Positions 61,883 to 64,000 of a DNA stretch of 64,000 nt are shown one piece after another. The number at the start of each line of letters is the position of its first letter. Position 1 is the stretch's first letter. The stretch is from Malacoraja senta (Eukaryota). The DNA lies in assembly GCA_038087875.1 (NCBI GenBank), contig CM075999.1, forward strand, positions 1,738,001-1,802,000, in the 5' to 3' direction. The notes under the pieces were generated by a model. It searched no databases and had not been told where the DNA came from. It saw only the letters and a list, made by a program, of their open reading frames with translations. The position numbers were made by a program, and so were the translations under genes.

Positions 61883-62302
61883 ATCCTACAAGGCACCAGG
61901 GGCAATTTACAGAGGGCCAAGTCACCGACAAATCTGCACGTTTTCAGGATGTGGGAGGAAACCGGAGCTCCAGGAGGAAACCCACGTGGTCACAGGGAGA
62001 AGGTACACAAAAATGCTGGAGAAACTCAGCGGGTGCAGCAGCATCTATGGAGCGAAGGAAATAGGTAACGTTTCGTGCCGAAACCCTTCTCCCTGGTCAC
62101 AGGGAGAACCTGCCTCTCTCATTAAGGAGTGGATGAGAAAGTAGGATAACATAGAAGCAGGGAGATCGCTGGTCGGCACGGACTTGGCGGGCCGAAGGGC
62201 CTGTTTCCATGCTAAATGTCTAAACTAGGCTAAACTGTGCTGAGCAAACTAAGCTAATCTAAATATTCTATAGTATCCGTAAAATTCCCTTTTAAAACCA
62301 CT

Positions 62303-62602
62303 TTAGTTTACTTTAGACTTTGGAGATCCAGCGCAGAAACAGGCGGTTCAACCATCCGCACCAACCAGCGATCCCCGCACACTAACACCGTCCTACACAC
62401 ACCAGGGACAATTTACAATTTTACCAAAGCCAATTAACCTACAAACCTGCACGTCTTTGGAGTGTGGGAGGAAACCGGAACATCCGGAGAAAACCCACGT
62501 ACAAATGTACAAACTCCGTACAGACAGCACCCGTGGTCAGGATGGAACCCGGGTCCCCGGCGCTGTGAGGCAGCAACTCTACCGCTGCGTCACCGTGCCG
62601 CC
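62303..62602 (-). mobile_element. V-SINE copy
   Basis: Reverse complement of the SINE family. Confidence 0.85.
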
Positions 62603-63214
62603 CCTAACTGTGTGAAACCTGTTTCAGGCATTGCATCCCAGATCATAGTGGAGAACATTGCATCTCATCACACCACTTTATCATTTGCAAATGATATCAA
62701 ACTGGTTTCCCTTTCCCTCCTGAGCTTCTTGAAAGTGAATATCGGAATTGTTATCAACCATGATCAACCTCATCAAATCCCACCTTATCCTTCTCTCCTC
62801 TCCCTTATCTCAACATTGGCAATAACTGAAGCCGCTCAACCAAGGTGTCATTCCAGCAAATCCTCTGTGCAGCCTCCGCAAAACCCCTTCCTTAAGTCTA
62901 CAGCCCACAATTGCCAACCGAGCGATCAATTTTTAAAGGTGACATCTTCCAATTTCCTGGTCGACATTTAACCCTCGACAACACCATCAAACTGGCCATT
63001 TGTAAGCACTCTGTCCATTTTGTTCTTCTGGTCTATTTTACGGCCTTCAATACCCACAGTGCGGTGTTTTAGCTAAATCTAAATGTTATTAGTTATTTAA
63101 GTAATGATATCGGATGGAAGCTGCATACCAAATCTCGTTGCACATATGTGCAATGACAATAAAAGATATTATTATTTTTATTATTATTATTATTATTACC
63201 TTCCCCTCGCTAAC

Positions 63215-63600
63215 ATTGTTCTATTGTACATTTTTCTTGAACTTTGTCCCCTTTGATCTCTCGTTTTCACACCTTTCCCTTCCATATCTCCCTTTTCCCT
63301 CTCCCCTGACTCTCAGTCAGAAGAAGGGTCTCGACCCGAAACGTCACCCGTCCCTTCTCTCCAGAGACGCTGCCCGTCCCGCTGAGTTACTCCAGCATTT
63401 TGTGTCTATCTTCGGTGTAAACCAGCACCTGCAGTTCCTTCCTACACAGGTGTTCCCGCAAGAGGTGTACCATTTGCGCATCACCGCTCTGGTCCGTAGA
63501 CGAGGTTCCAATCTTCAGTTGCCTCCATCCCATTTCTTCTCTGCTTCAACAAAGCCGAATGCAAGTTTAGCGATCAACACCTCATCTCCCGACCAGCCAC
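63215..63600 (+). mobile_element. Penelope UTR/pLTR followed by degraded endonuclease-like sequence
   Basis: pLTR 63310-63448; ECKFSDQHLISR resembles the KLEEQHLIFRL motif of Penelope endonucleases. Confidence 0.6.
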
Positions 63601-64000
63601 GTTACAGCCTCTTGCCATCAACAGTAAAGTCAGACAAGCAGCACAGCAGTGCAGCGGCAGAGACCCAGATTCAAATCCTGACCATGGGTGTTGTCAGTGC
63701 GGAGTTTGCCCGTTCTCCTTGTGACCAAGTGGGTTTTCTCCGGATGCTCCGATTCCCCCCACATTCCAAAGAGGTGCAGGTTTGTTGGTTAATCGGCCTT
63801 TTTCAAATTGCCCCGAGCTTGCAGGATGGGAAAGTGCGAATTCATCGAACTAGCGTTCTGTTGTGGGAGAGATTATTATCTTGGCATCATTAAGTGTTCG
63901 ACCAATTTTATTACCAGTGTTCATTTGTCTTATTTTTATTTTTATACCAATTTTTATTTTTATTACCAATATACCAATGTTATTACCTCATGCTGTTCTG

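Noticed and set aside
63114..63893. 259-aa ORF
   Set aside because: Mosaic of a LINE tail, Penelope pLTR, degraded endonuclease and SINE; not a coherent gene.

Overview
Repeat-dense vertebrate DNA, most likely intronic or intergenic sequence of a cartilaginous fish (skate/ray-like; inferred from the repeat repertoire). No host protein-coding exon could be recognised. The window holds tRNA-headed V-SINEs, CR1, Rex1/Babar, L1/Tx1, L2-like and RTE fragments, many Penelope pLTR fragments (often inverted) with a hammerhead-like core, and a 200-N gap. It also holds eight Harbinger-type MITEs sharing one TIR and one full-length Tc1 (DD34E, Passport-like) transposon with an open transposase ORF. The most striking signal is four short (130-195 bp) insertions from three sequence families with HDV/CPEB3-like ribozyme folds at their 5' ends (one 5'-truncated), followed by stem-loops and a (GAA)n tail. 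In two copies an 11-bp target-site duplication ends exactly at the predicted cleavage site G1. These look like non-autonomous ribozyme-headed retroelements, and one family closely resembles the mammalian CPEB3 ribozyme. Folds were read by eye and family names are from recall; no database search was run.
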